Below are positions 26,508-37,237 of a stretch of DNA of 64,000 bases, piece by piece. The notes beneath the pieces are model-generated. The model saw only the letters and a list, made by a program, of their open reading frames with translations, was not told where the DNA came from and did not search any database. A program made the position numbers and the translations under genes. Position 1 is the first letter of the stretch, and each line of letters opens with the position of its first letter. The stretch lies in the NCBI GenBank assembly GCA_963702005.1, contig OY969696.1, positions 3,488,001 to 3,552,000 of the forward strand, in the 5' to 3' direction. Source of the DNA: Candidatus Aminicenantes bacterium (lineage in GTDB: Bacteria > Acidobacteriota > Aminicenantia > Aminicenantales > JAFGBC01).

Positions 26508-29255
26508 TTATTCCGTCTTGATGGTGAAGGTCCCGTCGCTCACGTCCGAGGGGACATGGTCCGCCGCCTCCCAGATCCGCACCTTGCACTTCGTCGAGGG
26601 CTTGGCGGGTATTTTCCAGCTGTAACTCCCCGTGTTCGGCGCCGAGGCGTCGATCGTCGTCCAGTTCGTCCCGCCGTCGACCGAGTAGCTGATCTTCACG
26701 TCTCCAACCTCTCCCGTCGTCGTCCATTTGATCGTTTGGGTCGTTCCCGCCTTCCAGCTCTCGCCTCCGTTCGGAGAGACGACCGTGAGCGTCGGCTTGG
26801 GGATGATCCAGAATACCTTATCGCTCCGGTCGTAGCCGGGCCCTTCTCGCTCGGCCACCCGGACCCAGACCGTATGAGAGAGGTCGTTCGGCACGGTCCA
26901 GAGATAGGTCTCGTCATCGCGCGTCGCGAAGACGATCGTCTTCCAAGTCTCGCCCTTATCCGTGGAGTAAACAAGCTTGTCGTCGCCGAGCTTATCCCCG
27001 GTCAGCCAGGTGATGGGGTGTTGAGAGCCGACCTCCCATTTCTCGCCGCCGTTGGGGGAGGTGACCCTGATCCAGCCGGCGCAGATCTCGGCCACAAAGG
27101 CATCGGAGATTCCCCCGTTATACGTCAGGTCCGGCCCATACGCCACCGGGAAGCTGGATTCCGAGGAAGAAGACCGCCCCGTCAGAAACTCGTCCCCTGC
27201 CCAGTCCAACGCGATCCCGTTGCCATAATCGCCGCCGCTCCCTCCGATATAGCTGCAGTTGACGAGATCGCGGCCCGTCGCATTGACCTCGGCCACGTAG
27301 GCATCGGAGCCCCCCCCGTTAAATGTGAGGTCCGGCCCACCCTTGACCGGAAAGGAAGCCTCCGTGGACGAGGCGGATCCCGTCACATGGGCGTTCCCCG
27401 CCCCGTCGACCGCAATCCCGTTGCCCGAATCCGTATCGCTCCCTCCGATATAGCCGCAGTAGGCGAGCGCGTCCCCGGCTGAATCGACCTCGGCCACGAA
27501 GGCGTCGGAAGATCCTCCGTTATAGGTTAGGTCCGGCCCGAACGTCACCGGAAAGCTCGTTTCGTCTGACAAGGTATCGCCCGTCAGGTAGGCGTTCCCC
27601 GACCTGTCCACGGCGATCGCCCTGCCCGTGTCCATGCTGATCCCGCCGATGTAGCCGCAATAGATAAGCCCTGTACCGGCCGCGTTGACCTTGGCGACGT
27701 AAGCATCGGTGAGCCCTCCGTTAAAGGTCAGGTCCGGCCCGACCGCCACCGGAAAGCTGGATTCCGAAGACACCGTGGTTCCCGTCACATAAGCGTTCCC
27801 CGACCAATCCAACGCGATGCCGTTGCCATTTTCGGCGTTGTTCCCCCCGATGTAGCCGCAGTAGACAAGCGCCGTCCCGTCCGCATTCACCTTGGCCACG
27901 AAGGCGTCGGTGAGCCCCCCGTTATACGTCAAGTCCGGCCCGACCGCCGCCGGAAAAGTGGCTTGCGTTGACAAGGTGGAGCCCGTCACATAGGCGTTTC
28001 CCGACCCGTCCACCGCGATCCCATTGCCGACATCGGCGCTGCTCCCCCCGATATAGCCGCAGTAGACGAGCGCCGTCCCGGCCGCATTCACCTTGGCCAC
28101 GAAGGCATCGGAGATTCCCCCGTTATACGTCAAGTCCGGCCCGACCGTCACCGGAAAGCTGGTTGGACCGGACAGCGTCGATCCGGTCACATAGGCGTTT
28201 CCTCCCCCGTCCACAGCGATCCCATTGCCGATATCGGCGTTGCTCCCCCCGATATAGCCGCAGTAGACGAGCGCCGTCCCGGCCGCATTCACCTTGGCCA
28301 CGAAGGCATCGGAAAGTCCCCCGTTGTATGTCAGGTCCGGCCCGACCGTCACCGGAAAGCTGGTTGGACCGGACAACGTCGATCCGGTCACATAAGCGTT
28401 TCCTCCCCAGTCCACCGCAATCCCGTTGCCGACATCATTGCTGCTCCCCCCGATGTATCCGCAGTAGATAAAGATAGACGGGTCGAGTACGAGAGGGAGG
28501 GCCGGGTCGTATGTCCCCAGCTCGAACCCGTAAGCGAACCGTTCCCCCCCGCCCGTCGCGGTCTTCGGTTCCGCGGGCTCGTACCGAGCCTTCACCTCGC
28601 GCCGGACCCCGTTCGCTTCCTGCCAGGCCACTGGAACGTCATCCTGGAACGAGGAAACCGGCGTCCGGACTTCGAGCCGGCCCTCCCCGTTCATGGATAC
28701 GCTCTCCGCACCGCGGAGGGCCAGCCGGATCTGCGCCGGATTCGCGCCCTGCTTTACCACGAACTCCGACTTGAGATGGTTCGACGTCCCGCTGTAAATC
28801 AAGTCGATTCCCGGCCACAGCTCCCGATAGACGATTTGCGAATAAGTCTGAAGACCCGTTTTCCACTCCTCGGGCCCGCCCTTGAAATAGGAGATGACCG
28901 CCCCGGTCTCGGCTTCCCCGACGGGGCGGACGTCCGGGTTCGCGCCCAGGAAGTCCAACTTGACGACCCAGCGGACGTTGTCGACGGCCTTCGTCAGGAC
29001 GAACGTCACCCCGTCCGTCTCGAAGTATAAAGTCTTATCCTTCCCCTGAACATAGTACCCAACCCGCGAGTCCAGCTGTCCCCGGTTCTCGATGAAATAG
29101 AGGGGCATCTGCCCGAAATCCATCTGGATCCGGGGAGCCGCTTGGACGGGAGCGACTCCCGCCGGCGGCGTGCTCGCCCCTCTCCCAGCGCCGACCGCTC
29201 CCAGCGCGATGATCAATGCAAAAAAACAGACCGCAAGAACAAAGACCTTTTTCAT
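26508..29255 (-). CDS. Secreted SBBP-repeat beta-propeller protein with two C-terminal Ig-like (SPNGGE) domains
   Basis: FIENRGQ and YRELWPGID N-domain; seven 67-aa YCGYIGG..IAVD..GNAYVTG..GPDLTYNGG..DAFVAKV repeats; RBS before ATG 29255. Confidence 0.9.
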   Translation of the reverse strand: MKKVFVLAVCFFALIIALGAVGAGRGASTPPAGVAPVQAAPRIQMDFGQMPLYFIENRGQLDSRVGYYVQGKDKTLYFETDGVTFVLTKAVDNVRWVVKLDFLGANPDVRPVGEAETGAVISYFKGGPEEWKTGLQTYSQIVYRELWPGIDLIYSGTSNHLKSEFVVKQGANPAQIRLALRGAESVSMNGEGRLEVRTPVSSFQDDVPVAWQEANGVRREVKARYEPAEPKTATGGGERFAYGFELGTYDPALPLVLDPSIFIYCGYIGGSSNDVGNGIAVDWGGNAYVTGSTLSGPTSFPVTVGPDLTYNGGLSDAFVAKVNAAGTALVYCGYIGGSNADIGNGIAVDGGGNAYVTGSTLSGPTSFPVTVGPDLTYNGGISDAFVAKVNAAGTALVYCGYIGGSSADVGNGIAVDGSGNAYVTGSTLSTQATFPAAVGPDLTYNGGLTDAFVAKVNADGTALVYCGYIGGNNAENGNGIALDWSGNAYVTGTTVSSESSFPVAVGPDLTFNGGLTDAYVAKVNAAGTGLIYCGYIGGISMDTGRAIAVDRSGNAYLTGDTLSDETSFPVTFGPDLTYNGGSSDAFVAEVDSAGDALAYCGYIGGSDTDSGNGIAVDGAGNAHVTGSASSTEASFPVKGGPDLTFNGGGSDAYVAEVNATGRDLVNCSYIGGSGGDYGNGIALDWAGDEFLTGRSSSSESSFPVAYGPDLTYNGGISDAFVAEICAGWIRVTSPNGGEKWEVGSQHPITWLTGDKLGDDKLVYSTDKGETWKTIVFATRDDETYLWTVPNDLSHTVWVRVAEREGPGYDRSDKVFWIIPKPTLTVVSPNGGESWKAGTTQTIKWTTTGEVGDVKISYSVDGGTNWTTIDASAPNTGSYSWKIPAKPSTKCKVRIWEAADHVPSDVSDGTFTIKTE
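27083..28470 (-). repeat. Seven tandem 201-bp coding repeats
   Basis: Identical segments begin at 28062 and 28263 (period 201); the first three units are nearly identical in DNA. Confidence 0.85.
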
Positions 29256-29427
29256 GATGCACCGCCTCCTTATCTCAATAGCAATAGGCAAATTTATACA
29301 AAACCCGGTTGCATCTGTCAAGAGCTTATCATGACTCGCTGTCAAGCCGAAGTTGTCGAGCACAAGCCGGAATGAGCTTGGGAAAACGAATGTCCAGCGC
29401 GCTCAGGAACGGAATCAGGAAAAAGAT

Positions 29428-30765
29428 TCAGCCGAGCCGGCGCGCTTCCAGATAGAATCGCTTCTCCCAGGCTTCGCCCATTGAAAAGGTCTTGCGGGGC
29501 AGGGCGCCGTCGAGGATGACGGTCTTGAATAGATCCTCTTTGCGCATGGCCGGGAGATAAACGCCCAGGTTTCCGGGCTTGGCGCCGAGCTGGGCGACCG
29601 TGTTCGCGCCGTGGACATAATCGATTTCGCCGGCCCCCTTGTCCTTCAGATAAGCGTCCAGGAACGCCTGGATGGTGCCGGCCGGAAGGTTCGATCCGGC
29701 GGCGTCGATCTCCAAAACGCTCGACCCGGACTCCCCGATGAGCCCGATCTTGTGGGGCCGGCCCAACTGCGTATCGATCGTTTCCATCATCGACCGAAGG
29801 CAGCAGGACTTGGCGCTCCGGACTCGCCCTTGAAAGAAGGTCCCGGCCTCGGCGGCGACATCCCGGCCGGGCGCCAGCCCGAACAGGACGCGGTGGATGG
29901 GCTCGAAGACGAGCGCCGGATCGTGGAGGTTGACGAGTTCGACCAGAGCGTAGCGGAGCGGCGAAGCCATGACGGCCTTCCGGTCGGCTGCCGCTTCCTT
30001 GGTCTTTTCCCAGATCGTCTTGGCCGTGGCCAGCGAATGGTTCCCATCCCCCATCGCGTAGAGGAGAACGGGCGTCCCGGCCGGTAGTCCGTAGCGGAGG
30101 GCGAACAAGGCCGGATCGGCCAGCCGGCTTAGCGCCGCGACGACGCCCGCCTCGAGCTTCCCCCCCGGAACGCGGTATCCCGCGAGATGCCCCGATTCCA
30201 TCATGAGGTCGAAGTCGTAGAGCTTCTCGAGACGATCCTTGGCTTTCATGAGGGGGCCGACGACGCCGTCGTCCGGGTCATCGATAAGGACCATGATGTG
30301 GGGAAGCTCGATCGGCGCCCCTTCCCGGATCCGGACCCGGGGCGGAATCCGGTCCATGATTGTGCCCTCGGTCGCCCGGATCGGGCTCGTCGCGCTCCTG
30401 CGAAAATCGTAAGCTTCGAGGTCGAGGAGAACGACGATCCCGCGCCGCGTCCGGCCTCGGGTCGTGCGCTCGACGTAGACGAGGCCCTCGACCGACCGGA
30501 ACAGGCCGCAGCCCAGGTAATCGTTCATGGCGGCTCGGATCCGCCCGATCCGGGCGGCCGGGTCGGGCTCATGGAGATAGACCTCGGGGTAAATAAGGTT
30601 CAGGGTCGAAGGGGCGTCCCCGACGAACGCGGCCGCTTTGTCCCAATATTCGGGCTCGGAGGTGAACTGGTCGCAGGCGATGACGGACCACTTGGCCATA
30701 TCGACGCCGGGCTTGGGCAGGAGAATCTTGGGGATCCCGAGGCGGATCGACTCGAAGCTGCGCAT
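29428..30765 (-). CDS. DUF1015 family protein
   Basis: WSVIACDQFTS, IRATEGT..RIPPR, GDGNHSLATAK, LPRKTFSMG. Confidence 0.9.
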   Translation of the reverse strand: MRSFESIRLGIPKILLPKPGVDMAKWSVIACDQFTSEPEYWDKAAAFVGDAPSTLNLIYPEVYLHEPDPAARIGRIRAAMNDYLGCGLFRSVEGLVYVERTTRGRTRRGIVVLLDLEAYDFRRSATSPIRATEGTIMDRIPPRVRIREGAPIELPHIMVLIDDPDDGVVGPLMKAKDRLEKLYDFDLMMESGHLAGYRVPGGKLEAGVVAALSRLADPALFALRYGLPAGTPVLLYAMGDGNHSLATAKTIWEKTKEAAADRKAVMASPLRYALVELVNLHDPALVFEPIHRVLFGLAPGRDVAAEAGTFFQGRVRSAKSCCLRSMMETIDTQLGRPHKIGLIGESGSSVLEIDAAGSNLPAGTIQAFLDAYLKDKGAGEIDYVHGANTVAQLGAKPGNLGVYLPAMRKEDLFKTVILDGALPRKTFSMGEAWEKRFYLEARRLG

Positions 30766-30831
30766 GGCTTATTCCTTTCTCCGCGAGACCGGGATTATAC
30801 ACCAAAAGGAAAACGGGCGAAAAGCAGCCTT

Positions 30832-30899
30832 GGGGTCAAACCTACACTTTTGCAGTTAGTCTAGATGTTCACTAAGTGTAAAAGTGTAGGTTTGACCCC
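30832..30899. repeat. Palindromic repeat family B, full inverted pair (REPIN-like), 14 bp after the copA stop
   Basis: GGGGTCAAACCTACACTTTT...AAAAGTGTAGGTTTGACCCC. Confidence 0.9.
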
Positions 30900-30913
30900 G
30901 ATCTTTATTCAGA

Positions 30914-33577
30914 TCAGTCCGGGAACCGGAAACGGCGCAAGCGGAGGGAATTCGACACGACCGAGACCGAGCTGGCGGCCATGGCGGCCGAAGCGATCAT
31001 CGGGTTGAGGACAATCCCGAAGAACGGATAGAGAAGGCCGGCCGCGACCGGAATCCCGGCCGTGTTGTAGATGAAAGCCCAGAATAAATTCTGCTTGATG
31101 GTCCGGATTGTTCGCCGGCTGAGCTCGATGGCCGAGGCGACTCCCCCAAGATCGCCCCGAATCAGCGTGATGTCCGAAGCCTCGAGGGCCACGTCCGTGC
31201 CCGTTCCGATGGCGATTCCGATATCGGCCTGGGCCAAGGCCGGAGCGTCGTTGATGCCGTCGCCGACCATGGCCACTTTCTTCCCGGCCGCCTGAAGGCG
31301 CTTGACCTCGGCGACCTTATCCTGGGGCAGAACCTCGGCGAGCACGGCCTCGATCCCGGCTTGCCGAGCCACGGCTCGGGCGGTCAGGCGGTTGTCGCCG
31401 GTGAGGAGCACGACCTCAAGTCCCATCGCTTTCAACTTCGCTACGGCGAGCGGCGCGCTTTCCTTGAGCGTATCGGCCACGGCGATGCAGCCGGCCGGCC
31501 GGCCGTCCACGGCCACGAGCATGACGGTTTTCCCTTCCGCCTCGAGCTCGGCCGGTTTCGAGGCGCAGTCACGGAAATCGACCCCGCGCTCCCCCATCAG
31601 CCCGGCGTTTCCGATGAGGATGTTCCGGCCGCCGATGCGGGCTTCGATCCCCCGCCCTTCCAGGGCTTGAAAAAGCTCGGGCGCGCCGAGCTCGATCCCC
31701 CGCTCCCGGGCTCTGCTCACGACGGCGGCTCCGAGCGGATGCTCGGAGCTTTTTTCGGCGCTGGCCGCCCAGCGGAGAAGGTCCGTCTCGGAGTACTCCC
31801 CGACCACGAAAAGATCGGTCACGGCCGGTTCGCCCTTGGTCAGAGTCCCCGTCTTGTCGAAGACGATCGTCGTCAGCCGGTGGGCCGTCTCCAGGCTCTC
31901 TCCGCCCTTGATCAGGATGCCGTGCTCGGCGCCGCGGCCCGTCCCGACCATGACCGCCGTCGGCGTCGCCAGGCCTAGGGCGCAGGGGCAGGCGATAATC
32001 ATGACGGCCACGAAGTTGAGGAGGGCTCGCGTCAAGGACGGCGCGGGCCCGAAGGCGTACCAAACGACGAAGGTCACGACGGCGATCGAAATCACGACCG
32101 GAACGAAATAGCTCGCGATGACATCGGCCAGTCGCTGGATGGGCGCCTTGGACCCCTGGGCTTCCTGGACGAGCCGGATGATCTGGGCCAGAACCGTATC
32201 CTTCCCGATCTTGGTCGCCTCGAACTTGAAGCTCCCCGTTTTATTGATGGTCGCGCCGATGACCTCGTCGCCCAGCTTTTTCTCGGCCGGGATGCTCTCC
32301 CCGCTGATCATGGATTCGTCGACCGCGGAGCGGCCCTCCCGGACGACCCCGTCCACGGGGATCCGTTCGCCCGGCCGGACGACGACCAGGTCGCCGGCAA
32401 CGACCTCGGCGATCGGGATGTCCCGCTCGACGCCCTCCCGGATGACGCGGGCCGTCTTGGGCTGAAGGCCGGCGAGTTTCCTGACGGCTTCGGACGTGCG
32501 GGCCTTGGCCCGGGCCTCGAGCCAGCGGCCGAACAGGATGAGGACGATGATGACGGCAGCCGTGTCGAAGTAGACGTCGGGCGCGACGCCGGCCGCGCGG
32601 AAAAAGGACGGGAAGAGGGTCGCGGCGGCGCTGTAGAGGTAGGCCGCCAGGGTCCCGACCGAGATGAGGGTGTTCATGTCGGCCGTTCGGTGGCGGAGGG
32701 ACTTCCAGGCTCCGCGGTGGAATTGCCAGCCGATCAGGAATTCGACGGGCGTCGTCAGAATCCAGAGGACGAAAGCGTTGGCGAGGAAAGGCGGAATCCA
32801 GGGAAATACATGATGCATGTTTCCGAAGAAGATGGGGACGGCAAGGACGGCGCCCGCGACGAGCTTTCTGGTCAGGACTTTATATTCTTTTTCCCTGACC
32901 AGGCGCTCGACGTCCTCCGCTTCGGCCGCCTCCCCCGTGTCAAGGACCTTATAGCCCGCGGACTCGACGGCGGCCTTGAGGTCGGCGGCGGTCAGGCGGG
33001 ACGGCAGGTATTCGACCCTCGCTTTCCCGGTAGCCAGGTTGACCGAAGCCTTGAGGACTCCGTCTCTGGCCCGAAGGGCCTTCTCGACCCGGGCGACGCA
33101 GGAGGCGCATTCCATTCCGGCGACGGACAGGTCGATCTTGGCCGTGGCCACATCATAGCCCTTGTCGCGGACGGCACCGATGAGGTCGTTGAGCTTGACG
33201 AGCCGGGGATTGAAAAGAACGGTCGCCCGATTCGAGGCCGCGTTGACGCTGGCCTTATCGACTCCCTCGAGGCGGCTCAATCCCTCTTCGATATTGATCG
33301 CGCAGCTGGCGCAGTGCATCCCGACGACGGGGAGGTCGATTCGCTCGCTCCCGGCGGCTTTCTCCGGTTCCTTGGCCGTCGGCGGCTCGGTCACAGGGAT
33401 TAAGGGGCCGGGCATTCCTCCGGGCGCGTATCCCGACGCCAGATATTTATCCGGATCTTTCTCAAAGGCCGATTTGCAGCCCTGGGAACAGAAATAATAG
33501 GTCCGTCCTTTATAAACCGACGAACCGGCGGCTTTTCGTTCATCGATTTCCATTCCGCAGACCGGATCGCGCGCCAT
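30914..33577 (-). CDS. copA: Cu(I)-translocating P1B-type ATPase with a YHS domain and two HMA domains
   Basis: DPVCGM..YFCS, two GMx[26 protein letters not shown] and MAASS. Confidence 0.95.
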   Translation of the reverse strand: MARDPVCGMEIDERKAAGSSVYKGRTYYFCSQGCKSAFEKDPDKYLASGYAPGGMPGPLIPVTEPPTAKEPEKAAGSERIDLPVVGMHCASCAINIEEGLSRLEGVDKASVNAASNRATVLFNPRLVKLNDLIGAVRDKGYDVATAKIDLSVAGMECASCVARVEKALRARDGVLKASVNLATGKARVEYLPSRLTAADLKAAVESAGYKVLDTGEAAEAEDVERLVREKEYKVLTRKLVAGAVLAVPIFFGNMHHVFPWIPPFLANAFVLWILTTPVEFLIGWQFHRGAWKSLRHRTADMNTLISVGTLAAYLYSAAATLFPSFFRAAGVAPDVYFDTAAVIIVLILFGRWLEARAKARTSEAVRKLAGLQPKTARVIREGVERDIPIAEVVAGDLVVVRPGERIPVDGVVREGRSAVDESMISGESIPAEKKLGDEVIGATINKTGSFKFEATKIGKDTVLAQIIRLVQEAQGSKAPIQRLADVIASYFVPVVISIAVVTFVVWYAFGPAPSLTRALLNFVAVMIIACPCALGLATPTAVMVGTGRGAEHGILIKGGESLETAHRLTTIVFDKTGTLTKGEPAVTDLFVVGEYSETDLLRWAASAEKSSEHPLGAAVVSRARERGIELGAPELFQALEGRGIEARIGGRNILIGNAGLMGERGVDFRDCASKPAELEAEGKTVMLVAVDGRPAGCIAVADTLKESAPLAVAKLKAMGLEVVLLTGDNRLTARAVARQAGIEAVLAEVLPQDKVAEVKRLQAAGKKVAMVGDGINDAPALAQADIGIAIGTGTDVALEASDITLIRGDLGGVASAIELSRRTIRTIKQNLFWAFIYNTAGIPVAAGLLYPFFGIVLNPMIASAAMAASSVSVVSNSLRLRRFRFPD

Positions 33578-33729
33578 GGCGAACTCCTCTCAGCTTCCCT
33601 CAGAACAAACGTCGGCCCCCCCCCACGGACACCGTCTTGCGTGAATCGGTTCCTCGAAACGAAGGCTCCGATCCGGGCTCGGTCGCCCCTGTGCCGGAAC
33701 CGTCCGCTGTGAAACCGCGCAGGCGGATG

Positions 33730-33948
33730 TCACTCGGCCTTGGGTGCCGCCTTTTTCAAAGTCGAAATTTTAAGGGGGATATAGAGCGGACAGAAGCCGA
33801 TCGCCGCCGTGAGGACGAAGATGACCGCAAACACTCCGATAATTATGGCCAGGGTTCCCTCGACCATGTGGGAATAGATCATGCCAGCCGCGGCGATAGC
33901 CAGAATGAGACGGATGATTCGGTCCAACGCTCCCATGTTCTTTTTCAT
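33730..33948 (-). CDS. DUF2892 (YgaP-like) inner membrane protein
   Basis: MKKNMGALDRIIR..GFCPLY..KIST. Confidence 0.9.
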   Translation of the reverse strand: MKKNMGALDRIIRLILAIAAAGMIYSHMVEGTLAIIIGVFAVIFVLTAAIGFCPLYIPLKISTLKKAAPKAE

Positions 33949-33978
33949 GTCTCGACACCTCCTTTAGGATTGGATTTT

Positions 33979-34007
33979 AGTATATCGGAATAGCCATATT
34001 CCGGCAA
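33979..34007 (-). promoter_or_regulatory. Sigma70 promoter with a palindromic operator in the spacer
   Basis: TTGCCG-N17-TATACT; CGGAATA-GCCA-TATTCCG inverted repeat at 33986-34003. Confidence 0.6.
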
Positions 34008-34170
34008 CCCGCCTCGGGCCGGCGCATTTGGCGTCTCCGATTTCTCCCACGACATCGGATTCAATAATGAGTTTGATCTGACCTTGGGGGCCGAGAGCCT
34101 CCCTTTCGCGATAGTCCGTGGAGAGATCAAGCGGCCATTCTCATGCTATAATTGAGGGGCGGGCGGCTCG

Positions 34171-35778
34171 ATGAAACACTCCAGGAGAGTCCGGCGAAGC
34201 GGATCCTTGCTTGACCTGAGCTTGGGGACCGCCCTGTCGCTCGGCATCTCCTTGGCGCTCCCGGCGCTCGCCTCCCAAGATCAACTCCATCACGAAACTA
34301 TCGTCACGGCGGTTGAGGTGCCGGTGCGGGTCCTGCGAAGCGGCGAAGCCGTAAAGGGCCTGACCAGGGACGATTTCGAAGTCTACGAGAACGGCGTCAA
34401 GCAGCAGATCTCCGGGTTTGAAATCATCTCGCGGAAGATCGCCGGGACGGCGAAAGAGGCTGCGCTCCCGACGGCCTCTTTGCCACCCAAACCACGCCTG
34501 TTCGTCCTGATTTTCGATATCTTCGACTACAACGACGCCATCGGAGAAGCCATCGATTATTTCTTCCAGACCGTCTTCCAGCCCACGGACCAGATCCTGG
34601 TGATGACCGAAAACCGCTTCCTGATTGTCGAAATGGGCAAGAATCCCGATGATCTCAAGGCCGAGATCAAAGAAACGCTCAAGCAATACAAGAAGGTCTC
34701 CATCAATAACCTTCAGAAGGCCTACATGGACGTGGACGAGGAATGCCAGCGATTGCTGGATGAGATCTCGGACCCAGCAACTGGTTATCAGGGAACTGGG
34801 GGGGGTGGAGACTGGTATCAGTCGATCAGCCGCTTCTACGAACATTATTCGAGAATCTGGACCACTTACCGGGATCGATTCCTCGTGCCCGATTTGGCCA
34901 TGTTCCAGGCGCTTCTCAAGAGGATCAAACCGGTCCAAGCCGATAAATGGGCCATCTGTTTCCAGCAGCGGGAGCTTTTTCCCGAACTCAAGAGCCAGGG
35001 GCGGCTGGAGCGGCGAATCAACGAGATGCTCGATTTCAATATCGATCCGGTGGGGCAGGCCTTGGCCGAACTCGTGAGGAGGCAGCAACGAAGGCTCCAC
35101 GAATTATTAGCGGTCTCGAAAACATTCCCCGCCGAGCAGTTGAAGAACCTCTTTCTCGAGGCCGGGGTCACCTTTCATCTCATCCTGATGAAAGTCACCA
35201 AGATCACCCAATCGCAGGATCTGGACTTACAAGAGGTCGCCGAGGACTATGAGGATTGTTTCAGAAACATCAGCCGCTCGACGGGAGGGTATTTGACGTT
35301 TTCCAACAAGGTGCTGGATGCGCTCAAAAACGCGGCCGAGACGGAGGACTATCACTATCTCCTGGCCTATCAATCCCGGGCGCCGCTCGACGAGCGCGGA
35401 AAGAACATCGAAGTCAAGGTCCGGCCGGCCGGAGTCCAGGTCTACAGCCTCAAGCATTTTCAGAAATTGGGAGAACGCGCCATAACGATCGCCGCGGTTC
35501 AAACGGAGAGGATGACGCTCAAATTCGAGCTCAAGGACTACACGATCATGGCGACCGACAAAGGATCGCAGGGGATCGCCGAGGTCAAGGTCACGCTGTA
35601 CGACGACCGGTCGGAGCAGGCGTTCTCGGAGGCCAAGGTCTTGAATCTGCGAGAGGAAAAGACGTCCATCGTCCTCCGGCTGGATCAGCTCAGGCCAGGG
35701 ACCTATTTCCTGATCATCGAAGCCTGGGACCGGATCACGAACGAAAAAGACGTTCAGTCCCGGATCGTCGAATTTTAA
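34171..35778 (+). CDS. Secreted VWFA-related protein (acidobacterial type) with a C-terminal Ig-like domain
   Basis: VEVPVRV..VKGLTRDDFEVYENG, RLFVLIFD, ISRSTGG, HYLLAY. Confidence 0.75.
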   Translation: MKHSRRVRRSGSLLDLSLGTALSLGISLALPALASQDQLHHETIVTAVEVPVRVLRSGEAVKGLTRDDFEVYENGVKQQISGFEIISRKIAGTAKEAALPTASLPPKPRLFVLIFDIFDYNDAIGEAIDYFFQTVFQPTDQILVMTENRFLIVEMGKNPDDLKAEIKETLKQYKKVSINNLQKAYMDVDEECQRLLDEISDPATGYQGTGGGGDWYQSISRFYEHYSRIWTTYRDRFLVPDLAMFQALLKRIKPVQADKWAICFQQRELFPELKSQGRLERRINEMLDFNIDPVGQALAELVRRQQRRLHELLAVSKTFPAEQLKNLFLEAGVTFHLILMKVTKITQSQDLDLQEVAEDYEDCFRNISRSTGGYLTFSNKVLDALKNAAETEDYHYLLAYQSRAPLDERGKNIEVKVRPAGVQVYSLKHFQKLGERAITIAAVQTERMTLKFELKDYTIMATDKGSQGIAEVKVTLYDDRSEQAFSEAKVLNLREEKTSIVLRLDQLRPGTYFLIIEAWDRITNEKDVQSRIVEF

Positions 35779-35958
35779 ACGCGCCGGGGCTAAGCCGAAG
35801 GGTATGGACGGACATCCCCGCGGACCGGCTTTTGTCGGCCTACATACCGCAGATAGGATCTATCGCCACGCCGAATTCACTTGGCCTTGGGCGCGGCGTC
35901 CTTCGGCGTCGAGGTTTTTAGGAGGAGGCAGTTTGCGATTTCAGCTTGAAAGCGCAGA

Positions 35959-37218
35959 TTACCTAATATAGGGTTCCCCGGGCCGCAATCCGGATGAGGT
36001 CAGCGGCACGCCCCGGACCCGCTGGCCGTAGATATCGAGGGAATTCGGGTAACCTTCGAGATAGCTCCAGATCAACATGAATTCCTTCGGCAATGGGCTG
36101 TAGCCCAGAAAGACAGCGCTGCGATGGATCCTTCCATCCTGGGAACTGCCTGAAAAAGGAAAACCGATGTGCTGGAAACGACTGTCGATCCGCCGGAGTA
36201 ATAACCCTGTCCCTCCGCCTTTATAAACAAGATATCCGATAAGAAATGTCCCTGTGAGGGGGTTGGCCGCTGCGGAGAATGTATAATCCTCCAAATTTAG
36301 ATTTCCCAAAGAAACAACGCTGGTTTTGGGGGTTCCGTCCGGAGCTATGCCCCTGGCCTTCACTTCGCCCTTATTATTCCACAGAATCACGAATCGCGCT
36401 TTATTTTGGTCATAAAGCACAACCGGACTTGGGTGCACAGATGTTGTATCTTCGACTTTATAAACCGGACCCAGTGTTTTGAGATCAGCTGTTACAGTAC
36501 GGTAACTCACCAAACTCGGCTCCAGGCCAAGGAATCCCCAAGCCACCAGATACCGGTTGTTTTGAGGATCGTAAGCGATATCCGTGGCGCTCGTTGAGTT
36601 CGTTGCGGGTGAATTCAACCGCCGCTCCTTGCCTAAGATCTGTCCCTGGGCATCAAGCCGCTGCAAAAAAAGAACAGGCGGTTTTTGAGGATCCGGATAA
36701 TACGAATAGAATAGAACGTACTGATTGTCTTTACTGTTGTAAAGGAGATTCCGAAAATAAATGCCTTTGTTTAAAATCACCCAACTAGTGCCGATCTCCC
36801 GGCCGGTCGAGGATACAAACTGGCCGCGCACCTCAAAGGCAACAGGATTGTATTTCGGATTACCGAAAACCGAGGACCAGACGACGAGATACCGTTGATC
36901 GACGGAGTTGAAAACGACCCGAGAAACCCTGTCTTCACGCGGCTGCCCGGGAATGCTCCCGCCTTGGAAGCTCAGCAGCGGACCCTTTTTGCCGCCGTGC
37001 GGGCCGAAGAGCCGGCCGTAGACTCTATTGTTCGATTTGGTCCAGGGCAGGAAGTAGTTTCCTTCGACCGTATCCACGGCAAAGCTATAAATGAACTGAC
37101 CTTGCGGTTCAACAACAAAAGGAATCCGGATGCCGATGAGCTGCGTCATATCCAAGCCGGTGTCCGCAATTGAGAGGAAATTTAGGCTCAACGTCATGGC
37201 TATGATTAGGTAATTCAT
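35959..37218 (-). CDS. Secreted protein with beta-propeller-like repeats
   Basis: Repeats VVFNSVDQRYLVVW, IAYDPQNNRYLVAW, LYDQNKARFVILW; low GC. Confidence 0.7.
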   Translation of the reverse strand: MNYLIIAMTLSLNFLSIADTGLDMTQLIGIRIPFVVEPQGQFIYSFAVDTVEGNYFLPWTKSNNRVYGRLFGPHGGKKGPLLSFQGGSIPGQPREDRVSRVVFNSVDQRYLVVWSSVFGNPKYNPVAFEVRGQFVSSTGREIGTSWVILNKGIYFRNLLYNSKDNQYVLFYSYYPDPQKPPVLFLQRLDAQGQILGKERRLNSPATNSTSATDIAYDPQNNRYLVAWGFLGLEPSLVSYRTVTADLKTLGPVYKVEDTTSVHPSPVVLYDQNKARFVILWNNKGEVKARGIAPDGTPKTSVVSLGNLNLEDYTFSAAANPLTGTFLIGYLVYKGGGTGLLLRRIDSRFQHIGFPFSGSSQDGRIHRSAVFLGYSPLPKEFMLIWSYLEGYPNSLDIYGQRVRGVPLTSSGLRPGEPYIR

Positions 37219-37237
37219 GGCCTCTCCCAAGAAAAAT

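Noticed and set aside
27083-28470. Near-identical repeats considered as DGR template/variable regions
   Set aside because: They are in-frame tandem propeller blades, the differences are not adenine-specific, and there is no reverse transcriptase
35900-35956. Possible third, degenerate IS91-like tail after the 35959 gene
   Set aside because: Only AAGCTGA..GCCTCCTCCT resembles the repeat; it cannot be aligned convincingly by eye
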